Shown here: positions 50,833 through 64,000 of the stretch, one piece after another
How the letters are laid out: each line of letters begins with the position of its first letter
Position numbering within the stretch: the stretch's first letter is position 1
Origin: Flaccisagitta enflata
Lineage: Eukaryota
Reading direction: 5' to 3'
Assembly (NCBI GenBank): GCA_965153355.1
Contig: OZ231126.1
Span: 5,022,001 to 5,086,000 of the forward strand
Length of the DNA stretch: 64,000 nucleotides
Position numbers and translations under genes: made by a program
Notes under the pieces: generated by a model
What the model saw: the letters and a program-made list of their open reading frames with translations, nothing else
Database searches by the model: none
Told to the model about the DNA's origin: nothing

Positions 50833-53800
50833 TAGGGGGGGGGTCATGCAGGGTTGATTTTGGAAATTCCTTATGGAACTCTGGAATCTGAGGGTTGGTT
50901 GTGTGTAGAAAAGGTTGGAAAATTTTTTGGATATCTCCCTTTCAAGGAAAAATAATCCATTTTTGATCAAAAATAAGGTATCCGATAGGCGAAAATCGCG
51001 AAAATTGAAAAAAATCGCGAAAATTGCTAGGATAGAGGCCATTGGTAGTAGCCATCAGGACACTACAAAACATTCATTTTTGGTTTAGATGATGTATTTT
51101 TGCCTTACCCTTACCATTTATGGTGATAATTAGGCTTTTAATGCAAGATTTTTCTCATTTTCAGAGCTTTATACATTATGCCCTTGAGCGAATGATAAGC
51201 AAAAATCAAAGAGATTATAAAAATTTTTAAAAATGGATAAAATCGTTCAGCCGGTTGTACAATAGAAAAAAATTTTCCTGACTATTCTAAAGATGTTTGT
51301 TTGAATCAGTATTCTTGTTATTCTAATATTCTTTCCCTTGCATGTTAAAAAATATCATTTTTTATCCATAGAATATTTGCAAAAAAAGGTGAAAAAAAGC
51401 AAAATCAATAAAAATTGCAAAAATCAGTGCTCAAGCTTCTTCCTCCAGGACTTGCAACCTGGCATGGGTGTTTTTCTTAATTTCTTTTCTGTTTTTTTTT
51501 TCAGAGTTAATTTGTTTTTTTTTCTTTCAAATCAATGTTTTCGCACCTACACAAATATGGGTAGGGCTTCATGGTCAAACTAGAAACCAGTTTGACAAAA
51601 TCTTTAACCACTGAGGCAATTCCATCAAAAGCGGACAAAAATGTAAAATCACCTTAAAGCACCTAAAGTAGGGATGTAGAAGCGGTCGATTTTAGTGCCG
51701 CTTCCTCCACTTCCATTTTGTAGTTCAAATACTAGTAGCTATCCCATCCACCAAAATGGAAGCGGTCAATTACTTCCACATCCCTAACCTAAAGTACCCT
51801 TAAATGCTCAATTAGGTGATGTAAACCACTAAGGCAAAAATAAATAGTAATGAACATTAAACAATTTGAATTGAAAATTAAATTGAAAAGAAATTGTGAA
51901 GATTAATAACTGAGCGCTTTCTGTGCTAGATCACCAAGACCTCAGTAACAAGTCAAAAAGAAAAGAAAATGCAATGAAGGTAAAAAAGTAAATGAGCGGG
52001 ATTTGTGCAAAATCACAAAGACCTCATTTACTATTTTCAATAATCTCATTCATCATTCTGAGATGAAATCTTCCCTAGCTTCTTGTGCAACACAGCAGCA
52101 GAAGCCTCAGAGACAGATGATGGCCCTTTCCACTGCACTGGGTCTGGCATGGGTAATGAGGTATTTCTTTTTGATAGCAAGTAGTTCAGTCCAAAGTGAA
52201 AGGTAGCTCTGTCAACTTGGCTGATTCCCAGTCAACCTTTGAAGCACCTTTGAAATTTGGTCCACAACACCAGTGCAGTCAAAGACATTTCATCAGCAGG
52301 GTTTATCTTGCAGCAACAGAGGAAAGGGGGGGTTAACTTTTGTGCCAAAGAGGGCAAATATCCTCCAGATGCACCTCATGCAGTAAAAGTGGAGACAGAC
52401 TCCAACCAAACTCCTTGAGCTGGGATATCAATTTTTTGGTAACTGTTTCTGTGAAACCATTTATGGCATGGGGGTGTGATCACAATCATGCTGGTCTGGG
52501 CAAATTCCAACCCATTTCTTGACTATCTCTTTGAAAGAGCATTAAAAGGCAAGAAAGTCATAAGATTGAACGTTTTGATTTTCTTTATGTAATTTGTTCA
52601 AAAAATAAGTCTTTTTATTACCTTTTTTTAGTGTTATGATTTTAAACTGTAATTCTATAAAAGACAATTTCAAATGTTCTGATCCAAGTGACTCATATGT
52701 TTTTTTGCATAGCTAATGGATTTTTAAAAACTTTTACTCAATAAATGAGGTTTTGGTTAGCTGAAACAGCTCCCGCTCAGTCATTTCGTTGTATTTGTTT
52801 ACATTGTTTTTATTCAAAATGTGCACATTTTTTCATGTTTGCTTCTTCATTTGCTCAAGTTCTAAGTGGTTAACAGGTCGCCCCAGGGCTATATGTGGTC
52901 AGCAATACCCATTGCCCTGCTTTGCACGGTTGTGAATTGGAATGAGAAGAAGCAAGGAAGTGGCACTGATAGGGATGAAGTCCTGTAGAACACAGGGGGA
53001 CTTTTGTTTGTTTGTTGTTTGTCTGTCCATCCATCAGTCCCCCCAAGGCCCTGTCAGGCCTGAAATCTGCCCTCTCAGGCTTGAAATCTGCCCTCACAGG
53101 GCCGATTCCAGGCCTGAGAAGACAGATTCAAGGCCTGAGAGGGCAGATTTCAGGCGTAAGAGGGCCTGGGGGGGACAAACAGATGGAAGGACGAATGAAC
53201 AAACGAATAAATGAAATTCCCCCTGTGTTCTACAGGCCTTCATCCCCTTTGGGGCCGCTGCCCAAAAATCAGCCGTTTCATTGAACTGGTTTCTAGTTTG
53301 ACCATAAAGCCCTACCTATATTTGTGTAGGTGCAAACATAGATTTGAAAAAAAAAACAAAACAAATAGACTCTGAAAAAAAAAACAGAAAAAACTTAGGT
53401 AAAAGACCCATGCCAGATCCTGGAGGAAGAAGCTTGAGCACTGATTTTTGCAATTTTTATTGATTTTGCTTATTTTTGCCTTTTTTTGCAGTCATTCTGT
53501 GGATAAAAAATGTTATTTTTTAACATGCAAGGGAAAGGAATCTTAGAATAACAAGAATACTTATTCTTTAGAATAATCAGGGACAATTTTTTCTATCACA
53601 CAACAGGCTGAACAATTTTATCTATTTTTAAAGATTTTGCTTATTTTTGGCTTAACGGCATTATGTATAAAGTTCTTAAAATGAGAAAAATATTGCATTG
53701 AAAGCCTTATTGCTACCATAAATGGTAAGGGTAAGGCAAAAATACGTCATCTAAACCAAAAATGAATGTTTTGTAGTGTCCTGATGGCTACTACCAATGG

Positions 53801-53996
53801 CCTCTACCTTTGCAATTTTCGCGATTTTTGAGATTTTCACCTATCGGATACTTTATTTTTGATCAAAATTGGATCATTTTTCCTCAAAAGGAAGATACCC
53901 GAAATTTTTCTAACCTTCTCTACACACAATCAACCCCCAGATTCCAGAGTTCCATAAGGAATTTCCAAAATCAACCCTGTATGACCCCCCCCCCTA
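50833..53996 (-). mobile_element. DNA transposon with ~760-bp TIRs and a decayed transposase remnant (~52050-52520)
   Basis: TIRs 50833-51592 and 53285-53996, TAGGGG...CCCCTA ends. Frameshifted minus-strand peptide PNF..VDW..LTELPFT..IPHYPCQTQ/AVERAI/VSEAS..REDFI; hATm-like by recollection, not verified. Confidence 0.8.
51669..51786. mobile_element. 118-bp hAT-type MITE
   Basis: TAGGGATGT...ACATCCCTA, 8-bp TSD ACCTAAAG. Confidence 0.85.
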
Positions 53997-55334
53997 TATA
54001 TGGACTTACCCAATTTTTCATTTTGCTTTTCTTGAAATGCTAGCCAGTTGCTTTCGTGCCTAATTTCTCGTTTTGGAATATTTACGCAAATTTAAGGTTT
54101 TTTTTGCAACCTTTGATCCCATCTTTTACCTACTTCTTATAATTAACAGAAAAACAAAGAAGAATTTATATTTGGTTCTTTTTTAGAGGAATCCAAATCT
54201 GCAGTCAGAATTGTATTTTTCAAATTTTGAAACTTTTTCCCAAAAATGGTTTGAAGGGTCGATTTTTGGGTCATTTATGACCTTTGACCCCCATTTTGCC
54301 CCACTAATAATAAAAAAATGTAAAAAAGAAAAGTAGATTCTTCAGCTACTTTTTAAAGAAGAATTCAAATCTGCTTTCAAAATAGCAAAATTCCTATTTT
54401 GAAATTTTTACCAAAAAAATGGTTTGAAGGTTCAATTTGGGGGTCTTCTATGACCTTTGACCCCCTTTTTGACCTACTGATAATAAAAAAATCAAAAAAG
54501 AAAAGTAGATTCTTCAGCTACTTTTTTGAGGAGAATCCAAATCTGCTTTCAGAATAGAAAAATTCCCATTTTGAAATTTTGACCCCCTACAGGGGGTCCC
54601 CTTGTGACCCCTTGACCTTTGACCTCCGTGGTGGAATCATCCCCGACCTTATTTTGACCTTCCAAAAGTGTAAGATGGAAGGTAAGGACCTTATCTCTAA
54701 TGTATTTCTTGTGCATGAGTCAACTCCAAAAAAAACCGCCTGAAGTTAGGGTCCTAATTTAGCTCAGTTTTTTTTCTGATTTTTAATGGGATAAATAAAT
54801 GTTTTGACAGGAGCATGTAAATACAAGAAAGCGTGTCAGTGAGCATAGCTGATTGTCTGGTGGAGTGATTTTGAGCATTTTAGCTCATATAGCTCATTTG
54901 GCTCAGTCCTTTTTTTTCTCTGATTTTCAGTACAGTTAATACATACAATTGCTCTTGATTTGATCAAATAAAAAAAAAAATTTGCAGCGACTTAAGACAA
55001 AAGCTTGGTGAAAATTGATTAATGCTTACGACTTTTTTCCTCACGGCGACAGCGGCCATTACTGGTATGACATATGACATTAACAAGTTGGAATTAAAAA
55101 AGGACGTGATATGCCTTAAAATTTGTGGCAAAGGTTTTGAAGCCTACCTTTTTGAGAACCATGAAAATTCGATATTCAAAATATAAGATTATCCGCAAAG
55201 TAGTCAAATGGTCGGTTGAATACAATTCCACCTTAAACAGCTGCAAAAAAAAACAGATTGTAAGCCCATGAATTGAGAGTTGTCCTGAGACAGGACTTCC
55301 AAAACGCTTCTGGGTTGACACTGGACAGAGGGCG

Positions 55335-55429
<95 letters not shown>

Positions 55430-55848
55430 TTTTTACCAAGAAGACAATATGATCGTAGTTCTCCTTCGGTCGAATCAGAACAGTTCCGCAACTGAAGTTC
55501 CACTGAAGTTGATGATTATCGCTAAGGAGCAGAATTACTAACTACGAAAAGTATTGCTTAAATCGAGACAACGTGGTATCTATCATTACCAATGTTGTTT
55601 GTAAGGTTTCCAAAAAAGATCCTATAGGAATAATCGAAAAATCTCCCCGTAGCGTTGATCTAGAGAAGACTGAATTATGCTAATGAGGAGACAAAGACGG
55701 GCACAGGGATCGCGTGACGAAGAAATTTTCAAATTTTCTACCTTCCCTCAAATTAAATTCAAGAAACTTGAATGATGATATTTGAATTACAGGGAGAGAA
55801 ACAAAAGACTGATGTACAACTTTCCTTGAGTCAGTTAAGGGCCTTTTA

Positions 55849-56608
55849 CACCGTTTTTAGATCGAAATGGCAAATAGTAAACCTTTGTAGCTCCAAAACT
55901 ACTAGCCCATAAGCCTTCAAATTTTCAGTGAATGTTAGTAATAACTGACCATTTTGTCATGCCAAAACTCAGATTTTATATCTGAATAGGTTGGGGGTCA
56001 TTAAAGCATTGAAAAGCTATTAATTTTATGGAAAAAACAATTTGTCCCAGCTATACTTGGAAGAATCTTTTTTCTTTTAATGTTTTTTTCCTGATTAAGT
56101 AAGCTTGAACCCTGGGGTTGGTCTTAAATGAAGAGTTACAAATCATGAATATAAGTTTTGCTTGAAAATTTCATTATTTTATCGTATTCATGAAGATTTG
56201 AATGATTTCCAAATGATTGACAGTTTGGATTTTAGCAATGATTGCCAAAAACCAATGATAACCTCAATCTATATCCAACTTTTTTCAATTTTTTAGGTAA
56301 ATGTGTAATCTCTGAAAAATTTCCTATCATTTAAGACCAACCCCGGAGTTCTAGCTCAATTTTTTTGACATCTGTACATTGATAAAGACAAGTCTTTTCA
56401 GATAAATCAAGAAAAAAAATTCAGCCCTGAAAATTGGGCATATTTTGTTTGTTTTACTGACCCCAAACTATTCCGTATCAAAATCCGAGTTTGGACATGA
56501 CAAAATGGTCAGTTGTTACCAACATTCACTGAAAATTTGAAGGCTTTCAGGCTAATAGTTTTGGAGCTACAAAGGTTTACTATTTGCCATTTCGATTTAA
56601 AGACGGTG
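55849..56608. mobile_element. Foldback MITE with TA TSD
   Basis: TA|CACCGTTTTTAGATCGAAATGGCAAATAGTAAACC ... GGTTTACTATTTGCCATTTCGATTTAAAGACGGTG|TA. Confidence 0.85.
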
Positions 56609-59292
56609 TAAACGCACGGATTTGAGTAGCTCTGCAGTCAATCGGCAACATTTTCCTGGGAGTTTAGCTTGAAATTTGACATGGGTCAGCCCCAAGTGAA
56701 TTTCTTCGAGTATACAAAGCCATGAGTTTTCTTATGGTTGCAAGTAGGAAACATTAGATTCTTAAATGCATTTTTTTGCTCTTTTTTAATGTTTCTACAT
56801 TTCTGTATTGCAAAAAACTACTGCATTGGCTTCAAACTTGACGCGTGTCATATCTTTAGTAGATATCTTTTGAAAAAACAAAGAAACCCAAAAGTTTTTC
56901 CCTAGTAAGATAAAGAAACAAGTGACGCGGGGTCAAAATATCGATGAAGATGGGTGGGTAGGAGCGTCCAACCTCCACCCAGACACTCCCCACACACACA
57001 AAAAAAAACAAAAAAAGTATCTTAAACGCTTGTTCTTCCACTTTTTAACCCAATCATTACGGACAGACTGACGGACCAACAGACTGACGAACAAAAAGCT
57101 TCTATATTGAATGATTGAAAAAAAATTATTTTCTTCAAATCTTGTTCCATTAATAAAAACCTTGCCATTTTGTGAACAGTAATCAGCCTAGGAATCCGGT
57201 CTTAAAATCGAAATGAGCCACTGGTGTGCGATTATTGCCCATTTAAAGAAAAATATCGAGTTGGTTTGAATGATCATAAACACACTGCAAGGAAGTATAC
57301 ACCTCTTTTAGTCGCGGACACCCCTCTACACCTCGCTGTGTCAGTCTGTCTGTCAGTCTGAAACATATTTGAATTGCGGGAGGTCTTAACATTACTGCCC
57401 CTGCCCAACCTTTCGCGTATGTCTTGTTGTATCATATAGCCGTTTTCTACTCATGTTGTACAGGCAAAACCTCAGAACACTCGCTGCTTAGGTGAAGCTT
57501 AACCTTAGCAAGATCTTTTTCTGTAAATTTTTTTTTTTCTTTATTCAGTGCTAGAAAATTCTGTCACATTTCAGGATGAAAAAAAGAAAATCTTCACTAG
57601 AATTCTTTTGTATAGCCTATTTAAGCAAGTATTTTGACCAGCTAAACCTAAGACTGAAAATGAACAAGTGTAAACACAACAATTTGAAAAGTGAGGTTGA
57701 CAGTCTGATATGTTGGACAATTGCTTAATCATTCATTCCCAATGCTTATCTGTTCAACCAAAATATGTGGAAATGAACTTTAATGAAGATTTATTTCTTG
57801 TAGTTATGGAGAATTCATGTTAAAGATCTTTTTAGTCGCGTGCTACGCGACTCTACACCCCGCTTTGTCGGTCCGTCGGTCCGTCCGTCGGTCCGTCCGT
57901 CCGTCCGTCTGTCCGTCGGTCCGTCACACTTTACTTTTTCGGCGTTAATGGGGTTTTTGGCGATACCGCTCCTGCCCAAATGCTCCACTGACCTCAAATA
58001 TGGCCCCTGCCCACCCGCACGCGACTGGGGTAGCCGTGTATCCGGCCTTGTTAGATGAAAAAAGCTCCATGCAATTTGCTAATCTATAAGTTGCACTCCT
58101 GAGTTAACGTGCTACTTGACGATGACTTCATTGTCTAAACAGTAAGCCACAAATGGCTGATTTATCAGTTTGGTACGAACAAAGGAAATTAAACAAAACA
58201 GAATGGGTCAGTTTTAAATAAATCTATTCTACATTAAAAACATCTACAACTACGTGCACAGTCTCGTATCAATTATCAAAGTACAATGCAACGCTCTGAG
58301 ATTCACAATATACGTAAACAATTGAAAAAAATAACTTATTTCATTTCAAGAAATTAGAAATCAAGTAAACGGACTCATGGAATGGGAGAATGAGAGAAAG
58401 GTTGTTGGTCCATGAAATTGGATTATTTAATATTCATGAATATATGATAACATGTGGCTTTAAAGAAAAGACTCTGTTTGGGAATTCAAGGCTGGGATAA
58501 TATGTACGTCTTTAAAGAGTGATCTAGTCATGGGTGAGACAATAAGTAAAGAATTGAAAACATGAAACATGAAAGAACAGCGTTGAGGATCAGTTAGTAT
58601 TCCGGCAAGAAATAAGACAAAGTATGATGTAAATCAGAAAATGATATGACAAGGAAATCAATTCAAAATGATTGTATGTATATTCTCTCTAATTTTTTGG
58701 TGACTGTAAACGCAACCTCTGGATTTTATTCTCAAAAAACGCATCCAGCTCAGCGTACAGACTCATCAGCCCATTTGCAATTTTTTTTGCAATTTTCTTA
58801 CGCAATTTTTTCTAAAAATACAAACACGGATGATATGTTTATCATGGATACAACTTACAAGTTATGGATCGTAAAATCTATGGATCATAAAATTTTCAAT
58901 TCATGATTTCTCTCCAACATCATTAAAAGTTGACATTTAGAATTCCAACCTTCAAAAGAAAAGTTAATGAAACTTTTTCCCACATCTTTTCCCAAAGGAG
59001 ACTTCTCCTCAAATGTCTCCTTTTGATTTTTGTCACAAAAATAATCACTTCGTTAACAACTCCCTGCGGCTTTAAAGCTATCTCCTGCAACGTCTCCTTG
59101 AGTCTCAAAAATACTTTTCCCCAAACACAAAAATATCTCTCAATTTGTCTCCTTGCGTGTGTTGCGTCTCAAATGATGGCTTCCCAAACATCTCACGTCA
59201 GCGTCTCCTCACATTGGTGTCTCCTTGTGACTCAAAAGATGTCTCTCAGAATGTCTCTTTGCGTCTCAAAAGACGTCTTCTCAAACGTCTCC

Positions 59293-60561
59293 TCACGTCG
59301 GCGTCTCCTCGCCCTGCGACAAGGCCTTGATCACTTGTTCCAATTCTTGTTTGACAGTGACTCTGTCCGAAGCGCTCTCTGTCGTCGCTGATATGCAACT
59401 CATGCCATTTGTTTCCATCGCAGTTGGCTCCAATTTGAAGCGCAAAGTGGCAGCGTTGATTTCTTGATGCGATCCCGGAGATCCTCCGCGGCCATCGACT
59501 ACTTGACCATCTGGATAATTTGATTGCAAATGAATGAAGAACTTAATGGATGGATGGATGGATGGATTGATTGGTTTATGGGTGAATGATTGGATAATGA
59601 AATAAATGAATGATTACATGGTTAACTGAGTGAAGGAATGAATGAATGAATGAATGAATGAATGAATGAATGAATGAATGAATGATTTAGGCATAAAAGA
59701 ATGAATGGATGCATAGGTATATAAAAGGATGGATAAATGGATGGATGGCAAGATAGTTGATCTTATAGGTACAAGGGTAAATGACAGAGAGAGAGAGTCA
59801 GAGAGTATGGTTTGAGTCCTCACCAAGAGATCCCTCGTCATCATTAGAATCTTCTACTTCATGAGGAGCTCCACTTTGTTGCATCAATTCCAGATATCTG
59901 AAAATTCAATTATAATTTACATGGTGATGGGTTCAGAAGGCCTTCTTCCATTTATTTCTGTTTAATAGGGACACTGTTCCGTTTCTCATAAAACAAGCCC
60001 AACCGGGCAACGATGCGTCCAGGCTGTGTCTTTGCGTGTATTGATCATGTGATATATATGGAGAGACAGATGGACGAACAGATGGGTGGAATGACTTAAT
60101 ATGTTAGTTGATCATTTTTTTTCAGTAAAGGATCTCAACGCGGCCAAAAACAGCTGAGAAACGCGGTTTTAGCACTTGCGTAACGGACGGACCGACGGAC
60201 GACGGGCGACGGACCAACCGACGGACAGACCCTCTTAAAGAGATGCGAGGACGCATCTAAAAATGCAACTACAGAGCGGCAATGAAAGCAGAGTCAATTT
60301 GAAAATTTATCTATTCAGTGACTTTAATAAACAGTAAATGAAGGACTTTACAATGATTTTTAGGTAAGGAATAAAGCAAAATAATGATTATGAATTTATG
60401 ATTACCTGTAAATTCCATGTCTCTGGAAAATGTCTTGTTGTTCTATGAACAATTCTCGCGAACGTCGTTTTAATGTCTCCATCTCTAATTCAATCGAGTC
60501 CACCTAAAGATACATTCAAGATGTTAAAAACATGTTGAGGTTGTTGGTGTCGTTGCTGTCG

Positions 60562-60651
<90 letters not shown>

Positions 60652-60827
60652 TTGTTGTTGTTGTTGCCGCTTTTGTCGTTGTTGTTGTTGTTGACTTTTT
60701 GTCATTGTTGTTTAATCTTTTTTTTGTTATTGTGGTTTTTGTTGTTGTTGTGGTTGTTGTTGTTTTTTGTTGCTGTTGTTAGGGTTTTATTGTTTTTTGT
60801 TTTTGTTGTTTGTTGTTTTTGTTGTTC

Positions 60828-60923
<96 letters not shown>

Positions 60924-60926
60924 TTT

Positions 60927-60966
<40 letters not shown>

Positions 60967-60992
60967 GGTTGTGGTTGTGGTTGTGGTTGTGG

Positions 60993-61042
<50 letters not shown>

Positions 61043-61878
61043 GCTTTTTTTTTTTTTGTTTTTTTGTTTTTTTTTCTATTTCGCTTATATTTACCTTTAC
61101 CGAGGAGTGTGGTTTCCTTGTTTCCATTTCCAATTGTTGTTTGAGATCATCTAATTCATTTTGATTGTCGTGGATTTCATTTGTGATATCAACGAGACGA
61201 TCCTCAACTTCCTTGGGCAATTTTGGAGGCGAGATCCCAGCTGAAGTGATAATGAGTGAAGTGGCAAAGGGCAAGAAGGGGTAGGGGCAGTGAATTGAGC
61301 AGGGGATAAGAAGTGTGGAAGTAATACAAGAAATAATGGTAGCTTTGTAACCCAGTGTCTCTGTGACTGAGCAACTGAGGGCCAGAGCGACTGAGCGCCT
61401 AAGCAACTGAACAAATGAAAGCCAGAGTTGAGCGACTGAGTGACTGAGCGACTTGTTCTACTGACCAGAGTTGGGAGAACTTATGTCGTGACTGTCGGAA
61501 TCGACAGTCACACCCCATGGTGTCGGTCACTCGACATCATGGTCAAAAACCGTCACGACCTACTGACTGACAGACAGAGGAAAAGGTGAAAAAAAAGAGG
61601 GAGCGACAGAACTAGAGCAATCACTTGTAATTTCATGATCGAGATACAGTGCAAAGAAAAACATAAGTTAGCCAAACTTTCTAATCCACATTGAGAAACA
61701 TCATCAGAAGCCTCTGATGATGTTTCCCAAAGTGGATTCAGAAATCTAGGCTAACTGATCTGTTTTGCTTTGCACTGTATCTCCATCATGAAATTACAAG
61801 TGATTGTTCTAGTTCTACTACCGGTGCTTGCAATGACGATTTGCTAAGAAAGAGACAGACTTATGACTTTTTATATTC

Positions 61879-61959
<81 letters not shown>

Positions 61960-62941
61960 ACTCAATCCTGGATCACCTACAATTTTTTTTTCTTGCTCAC
62001 TGACAAGATTCTCTCCTAGTCTGTTTGCTTCTATTCTTGTTCCATATCGCTATTTTAAACCATTTTTTTTTCAGCATGTCTTTTTTTTTTCAGCATGTCT
62101 TTTTCAGCATGTCTTTAAAAGGTTGTGTCTGTTGGTTGTTTAGTTGGTTGGTTGGTCAGTTGGAAATGCTTTCATTCTACTATCCGAATGGCGCCTATGA
62201 TAGCCTACTTAGCCTTGTTTTCTTTTGTTGGAGATAATCCTTTCATGAGGCTTTCAAACAATGCAGGATACACGGCCAATTAGTAGTCACTTGCGTGTTG
62301 GCAGGGGCAGTTATGAGGATTGACAGAAGCTGTACACGGTAGAGCAGGGGCTGTGATCTGGCAAGGCAGGGGCAGTGATGCATAGAAATTTCTAGACTAA
62401 AAAGTGGAAGAAAACTACCATCTAATTACTAAATTGTTTCTCACAAAAAGGGAAAATGTTACAAGCGCATCATTCTTTCATTCATTCATTCATTCATTCA
62501 TTCATTCATTCATTCATTCATTCATTCATTCATTCATTCATTCATTCATCAATTCATTCATTCATTCATACAACCTTTGTTTATACGCAAAGCATATATC
62601 AGTAACATATGTAAACTGAGACAGAATGAGAACCAAAAACATGTTTTACAGTCTGCTGCATACTGTAGAAACAAAATGGAAATGGCATGACGGCAACGAC
62701 ATTTAGCAGTGACGATGTCGAAACTTACAACAAGACATTTAAGGGAAACGAAACTTTTGATGACCAATTGGTTTTTAGCTAGTGTCGATGATCTCTACTA
62801 CTGACTCACTAAGCTACCAAGGCGATATAACACTTACCCTGAGTCGGCGGCGGATTTTCAGCGGCATCTTCATTGAAAAATCCAGTTTCGCCTTTGAATC
62901 TTTTGGCTTCATTCTCAATTTTCTCGACGTAGTTTTGTCCT
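59293..62941 (-). CDS. Multi-exon gene of unknown product with coiled-coil character; 5' end lies further right
   Basis: Phase-compatible GT-AG exons 62941-62838, 61240-61095, 60503-60406, 59897-59823 and 59510-59297 (or to the stop at 59293). They read GQNYVEKIENEAKRF..EVEDRLVDITNEIHDNQNELDDLKQQLE..VDSIELEMETLKRRSRELF..RYLELMQQ..VKQELEQVIKAL. Confidence 0.8.
60553..61043. repeat. Intronic (TTG)n-rich tract
   Basis: Direct inspection. It lies between exons 61095 and 60503. Confidence 0.9.
61607..61817. mobile_element. ~210-bp hairpin MITE in intron
   Basis: AGAACTAGAGCAATCACTTGTAATTTCATGAT mirrored by ATCATGAAATTACAAGTGATTGTTCTAGTTCT. Confidence 0.75.
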
Positions 62942-63180
62942 CTGAATGGAATAACATCAAATGTAAGGAATAACATCAAATGGAATTGAAACAGAATAAG
63001 CCTGAAATAATGACTTTGTTGACTGTTGAGAGTGAAATGCCATGTGGGACCTTAACTGTTTTTTTTTATTGGATTAAGAAAAGACGTACAATACTTCTTG
63101 AATTTCCATAAAATATTCTTAAATAACAGTACCTAGTATCTCTTGTCTCTTTTATTGGGAGTAACTCTTTACTACATATT

Positions 63181-64000
63181 TTTAACCTGGAACGGCCTTT
63201 TGAGTATTGGTATCCACTTTCTCTGACCACTTGTCTTGCCAGTGGGAATAAATCTTCATTGTATACTTATGTACATATTGTGTACTTGTGTTACAAAAGG
63301 AATACTTTACCTGGAATGGCCTTTTGAGAACTGATATCCACTTTCTCTGACCACTTGTCTTGCAAGTCGGAATAAGATTGTCTTGTGTAATTTACCTGAA
63401 ATTCCCTTTTGAGTATTGATATCCACTTTCTCTGACCACTTGTCTTGCAGGTGGGAAAAGATTTTCATTGTGTACTTATGTGTATATTGTGTATTTGTAT
63501 TACAAGTGGAAATATTTTACCTGGAATGGCCTTTTGAGTATTGATACCCACTTTCTCTGACCACTTGTCTTATAAGTGGGAATAATCTTCATTGTATACT
63601 TATGTGCATATTGTAAACTTGTATAACAAGTGGAAATACGTTACCTTAAATGCTGTTTTGAGTATTGATATCCACTTTCTCTGACCACTTGTCTTGCAGG
63701 TGGGAAAAGATTTTCATTGTGTACTTATGTGTATATTGAGTACTTGTATTACAAGTGGAAATACTTTACCTGGAATGGCCTTTTGAGTATTGATATCCCC
63801 TTTCTCTGACCACTTGTCTTGCAAGTGGGAACAAGTCTGTATTGTGCAATTTACCTGAAATTCCCTTTTGAGTATTGATATCCACTTTCTCTGACCACTT
63901 GTCTTGCAGGTGGGAAAAGATTTTCATTGTGTACTTATGTGTATATTGTGTATTTGTATCAGAAGTGGAAATACTTTACCTGGAATGGCCTTTTGAGTAT
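63181..64000. repeat. Tandem array of 124/125-bp and 85-bp monomers with ~459-bp higher-order period, running off the window
   Basis: Core starts at 63187, 63311, 63396, 63521, 63645, 63770, 63855 and 63980. Confidence 0.95.

Larger units (their letters stand above)
50643..54756. mobile_element. Outer DNA element hosting a nested transposon
   Basis: TAGGGTCCTAACTTC / GAAGTTAGGGTCCTA ends, ATTTAGC on both flanks. It splits a local tandem repeat with units near 50431, 50581 and 54841. Confidence 0.6.

Noticed and set aside
60490-61406. PolyQ ORF 60702-61406 as one coding exon
   Set aside because: Only 61095-61240 is bounded by splice sites that fit the neighbouring exons. The polyQ part is intronic microsatellite.
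61700-61745. CTGATGA...GAAA hammerhead ribozyme core
   Set aside because: The motif sits in the stem of a long palindromic MITE, and no three-stem hammerhead pairing could be drawn.
63181-64000. CRISPR-like repeat-spacer array (also 2099-2296)
   Set aside because: The spacers are homologous to each other, the context is eukaryotic, and no cas genes are present.

Overview
Repeat-rich eukaryotic (animal-like) genomic DNA with spliceosomal introns; no prokaryotic features, rRNA, tRNA or CRISPR seen. (1) A plus-strand XK-related (scramblase-family) gene at ~5455-20647 has its long last exon split by a young, non-autonomous 8.5-kb BEL/Pao LTR retrotransposon (10355-18856, TSD ACCTG). Removing the insertion restores one frame joining the XK domain to an extra TM helix, a degenerate SRCR domain, a C-type-lectin-like segment, a Cys-rich segment and hexapeptide repeats. 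This is the most interesting signal. (2) A second, diverged BEL/Pao copy lies at the left edge. (3) A ~5-kb head-to-tail duplication (29338-39291) carries Penelope GIY-YIG fragments. (4) A spliced C2H2 zinc-finger gene has two in-frame stops. (5) An intronless 817-aa NACHT ORF has no visible LRRs. (6) A minus-strand multi-exon coiled-coil gene is preceded by a tandem array that looks like repeated 48-bp exons. (7) There are many MITEs, DINE-1/HINE-like elements, LINE fragments and nested insertions. All alignments were done by eye; no database searches were run.
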